Origin: Octopus vulgaris
Lineage: Eukaryota
Direction: 5' to 3'
Assembly: GCA_951406725.2 (NCBI GenBank)
Contig: OX597819.1
Span: 46,376,001 to 46,440,000, forward strand
DNA length: 64,000 bases
The position numbers and the translations under genes were made by a program. Below are positions 60,717 to 64,000 of the stretch, piece by piece. Below the pieces are notes generated by a model. It saw only the letters and a list, made by a program, of their open reading frames with translations, was not told where the DNA came from and made no database searches. How positions within the stretch are numbered: position 1 is the first letter of the stretch; each line of letters opens with the position of its first letter.

Positions 60717-61025
60717 AGAAACGGCAGCCGCATCAAATCATAGATTACTCCCTTAACTTTCTTGAAAAGAGGAGATGCTTCTGAAAAATATAGTTCTGGG
60801 CATGCAGAAAGATGGGGTTGACTCTTTGATCTAAGGGTTTTCAACGATGGCTTCTATACGACTATAACGAAGAAAATAACAGCAATGCTTTTCTGAAGTT
60901 CCAACATACCGCATTGAAAAAGGAAGGGCATAATGGACAATATACACACACACACACACACATATATACATGTATGTATACGTATATGCATGTTAACATA
61001 TATATTGATATACATACATACATAC

Positions 61026-61094
<69 letters not shown>

Positions 61095-61196
61095 GAGAGA
61101 GAGAGATTGAAAGATAGGTATACACAAATGTATTTATATGTATAAATATATATATATATATATGTATGAATATATACATACATACATATATATATA

Positions 61197-61233
<37 letters not shown>

Positions 61234-61235
<2 letters not shown>

Positions 61236-61433
61236 CCTCGTGTGTACCGTTGGCGATTTTTTTTCATTTGTCTTCCCTTCTCTGGATCTTTCCTTCTCCT
61301 ATGTTTCCGACGAAGAGCTCCGCTTGAAACGTTAAACCTTCCTTCTTTCCTTCTTTCCTGAGCGTCCAATAATACTATATTTGTTCCACGTCCTCGCGTT
61401 GTTGTGTTTTTTTGTGCTTCCTTGTTTGGGTTA

Positions 61434-61437
<4 letters not shown>
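61234..61437 (+). mobile_element. Hammerhead-motif element, family H2
   Basis: GTTT-CCGACGA-A-GAGC(TCC)GCTT-GAAAC-GTT-AAAC at 61303-61337. It ends in (TA)n. Confidence 0.72.
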
Positions 61438-61522
<85 letters not shown>

Positions 61523-61624
61523 ATACATATATATAAATTTATACGTGTGTATATTAAAACTAATATATAAATATATATATGTACATATGTGTATATATGT
61601 ACATATAAATATGTGTTCGTATGT

Positions 61625-61838
61625 GAGTGTCTCTGTGTCTGTGTTTCTCCATCACCACCGTTTGACGACGGGTGTTTGTGTGATTAATTCCCCATAACGA
61701 AGCTGTTCGTCAAAAAGTGATTGATAAAATAAGTACTAGGACTAGGTTTTTACATCGAATAAGTCCTGGGGTCGATTAGTTCTACTAAAATTCATCAAGT
61801 CGGTACCCCAGCATGGTCGCAGTCAAATGACTGAAATG
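61625..61838 (+). mobile_element. SINE family B, 3' half
   Basis: AATAAGTCCTGGGGTCGAT...CCCAGCATGGTCGCAGTCAAATGACTGAAA. Confidence 0.8.
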
Positions 61839-61852
61839 ATTATCAGACAAGC

Positions 61853-61942
<90 letters not shown>

Positions 61943-62066
61943 CGTGTGTGTGTGTGTGTGTGTGTGCCAGTGTGTTTGTATAAGACAAACTTACTTGGAA
62001 ATGGATGCGTGGTGTTCAATCATAATAATATAAATTATATACATACATATATGTACATACTTACAT

Positions 62067-62108
<42 letters not shown>

Positions 62109-62244
62109 TATATAGATATATATATATATATATATATATGCATAATTGGGTACATGATGTCATAAAATGTAAGCAACATGAAATACGAAAGCAAATTTGA
62201 GTATGCGAGCAACTAGAGAAATTTTTGGAAAACCAGTAAGTAAC

Positions 62245-62381
62245 AAATTTAATTTGCCAAAATATTTTCGTCGCTTTGAGACCGCGACCTGATCACTGAC
62301 AAAATTCCGTGCTGCATCTCTTTTGACAGTGATCAGGTCGCGGACTCAAAGTGAAGAAAAATATTTTGACAAATTAAATTT
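62245..62381. repeat. ~60-bp-arm inverted repeat (probable inverted pLTR duplication)
   Basis: AAATTTAATTTGCCAAAATATTTTCGTCGCTTTGAGACCGCGACCTGATCACTGACAAAA pairs with 62321-62381 across a 16-nt loop. Confidence 0.88.
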
Positions 62382-62458
62382 AAATGTTGAAGTCAATCTA
62401 ACGGTTTTTGTGTGTGTTCTTTAAATGTCTTATAAACACTTTCCACGCTGCAATTGTT

Positions 62459-62542
<84 letters not shown>

Positions 62543-62700
62543 CTGTAAATTTAGGTTGAATACTTGATAAGTGTAAGCACCTGTATATGCCAGATAGTGG
62601 CAGAGGTGAGAGAGAATATATCAAATAAAATTAAGAACATAACACGTTTACCGCGATATCCTTTGTGTTCTGTTTTTAATTTTGTTTTATATATATATGC

Positions 62701-62822
<122 letters not shown>

Positions 62823-62827
62823 GTGTT

Positions 62828-62861
<34 letters not shown>

Positions 62862-63589
62862 TTTGTTTGCGGGCGTTTGTGTGTGTTGGTGGGGATCCAC
62901 ATTGACTCCGTCTACAAAATTCATTCATAACGAGAATAGTAAAATATACTTGCCCGAAACCATGCGATTGTAAACCGAGATTATTAGCCACACAGCCATG
63001 TCTACGCTCCAAATACAAAGTCTCTCTTTTTTTTTAATAATTCGCTCAATTCTCTTCCCGCTCAGGTTGATTTCAACCATAGACCACGCGGATATTAAGT
63101 TTGGCCAATCTGGCCGACATCTTTCTTCAATATCTCCAATCTTGGAGGGTCATAAAGGGGTCACAGACACTTCCCCTCCACCCTCATAAAATAAACATCA
63201 TCAACAATAACAAAAACAGCAACAATAAATAACTAGAATAAATAATTATAAAAAAAAAACTATGTTGTTACCCATAACAATGAATATTGTTTCCAATATA
63301 GGATGATATAGCGTGGTATATTTTGGTGTGATGTATTAATACGTATTATATAGTATGTTGTGATGGTTTGTGTAGTGTTATACGAGGTAGAAAACGGGAT
63401 AAATACGTGTAAATCCCGGTTGGGTGCCAAAAGATTTCTTATTTTTTATTACGTTCAATGGATAACGTTTTAATAGATATAGTCTGCATGACTACATCGG
63501 GACTACGGACACAAACACGTGATTTTTTTATGTGTATATAAATCTTTGTACATATATATTTGCACACATACAAATATATGCGATTGTGC

Positions 63590-63645
<56 letters not shown>

Positions 63646-64000
63646 TTGTGTGAGTGTATTGTGTGCGTGTGCATGTGTGTGTCTGTCTTTGTGTTTGCAT
63701 GTATATGCATGTGTGTGTATGTATATATATATATATGTGTTCCTCAAAAGACATACACGTATACGTACACACTTGTGCACATACATATATATACACTCAC
63801 GAGCATTCATACAAATGCACATATACACCTATATCTTTATGTGTGTGTATGTATACGCACATATATATATACATATATATATACACACACACATATATAT
63901 ATATATACATACATACATATATATATGTATATATATATATATATGTCTGTATATATATATATGTATGTGTATATATATATATATATGTGCGTATACATGC

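Overview
Eukaryotic, extremely microsatellite-rich non-coding DNA (intronic or intergenic). The SINE families (CORE-type, Meta-domain) and the repeat landscape strongly suggest a coleoid cephalopod, probably Octopus; this is inference. No intact host gene is visible, and almost all ORFs in the track are translated microsatellites. Recognisable content: many tRNA-derived SINE copies from at least 4 families, CR1-clade and R4/Dong LINE fragments, two Penelope-like (Neptune-type) remnants, an internally deleted Ty3/Gypsy element, three mariner remnants (one full length with TIRs), a Tc1/mariner MITE and a non-autonomous Helitron. The most interesting signals are: (1) short non-coding elements carrying minimal hammerhead-ribozyme folds with covarying stems, including one fused to a tRNA-like head; (2) a 3' CATGGCC/hairpin/AAAC module shared by the dominant SINE and several CR1 LINE ends, suggesting a SINE-LINE partnership; (3) retroelements repeatedly sitting inside (TA)n and (TAA)n tracts; (4) plus-strand unique islands that look like tiny exons whose splice sites lie in RNA hairpins. 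Element boundaries are approximate and were read by eye.
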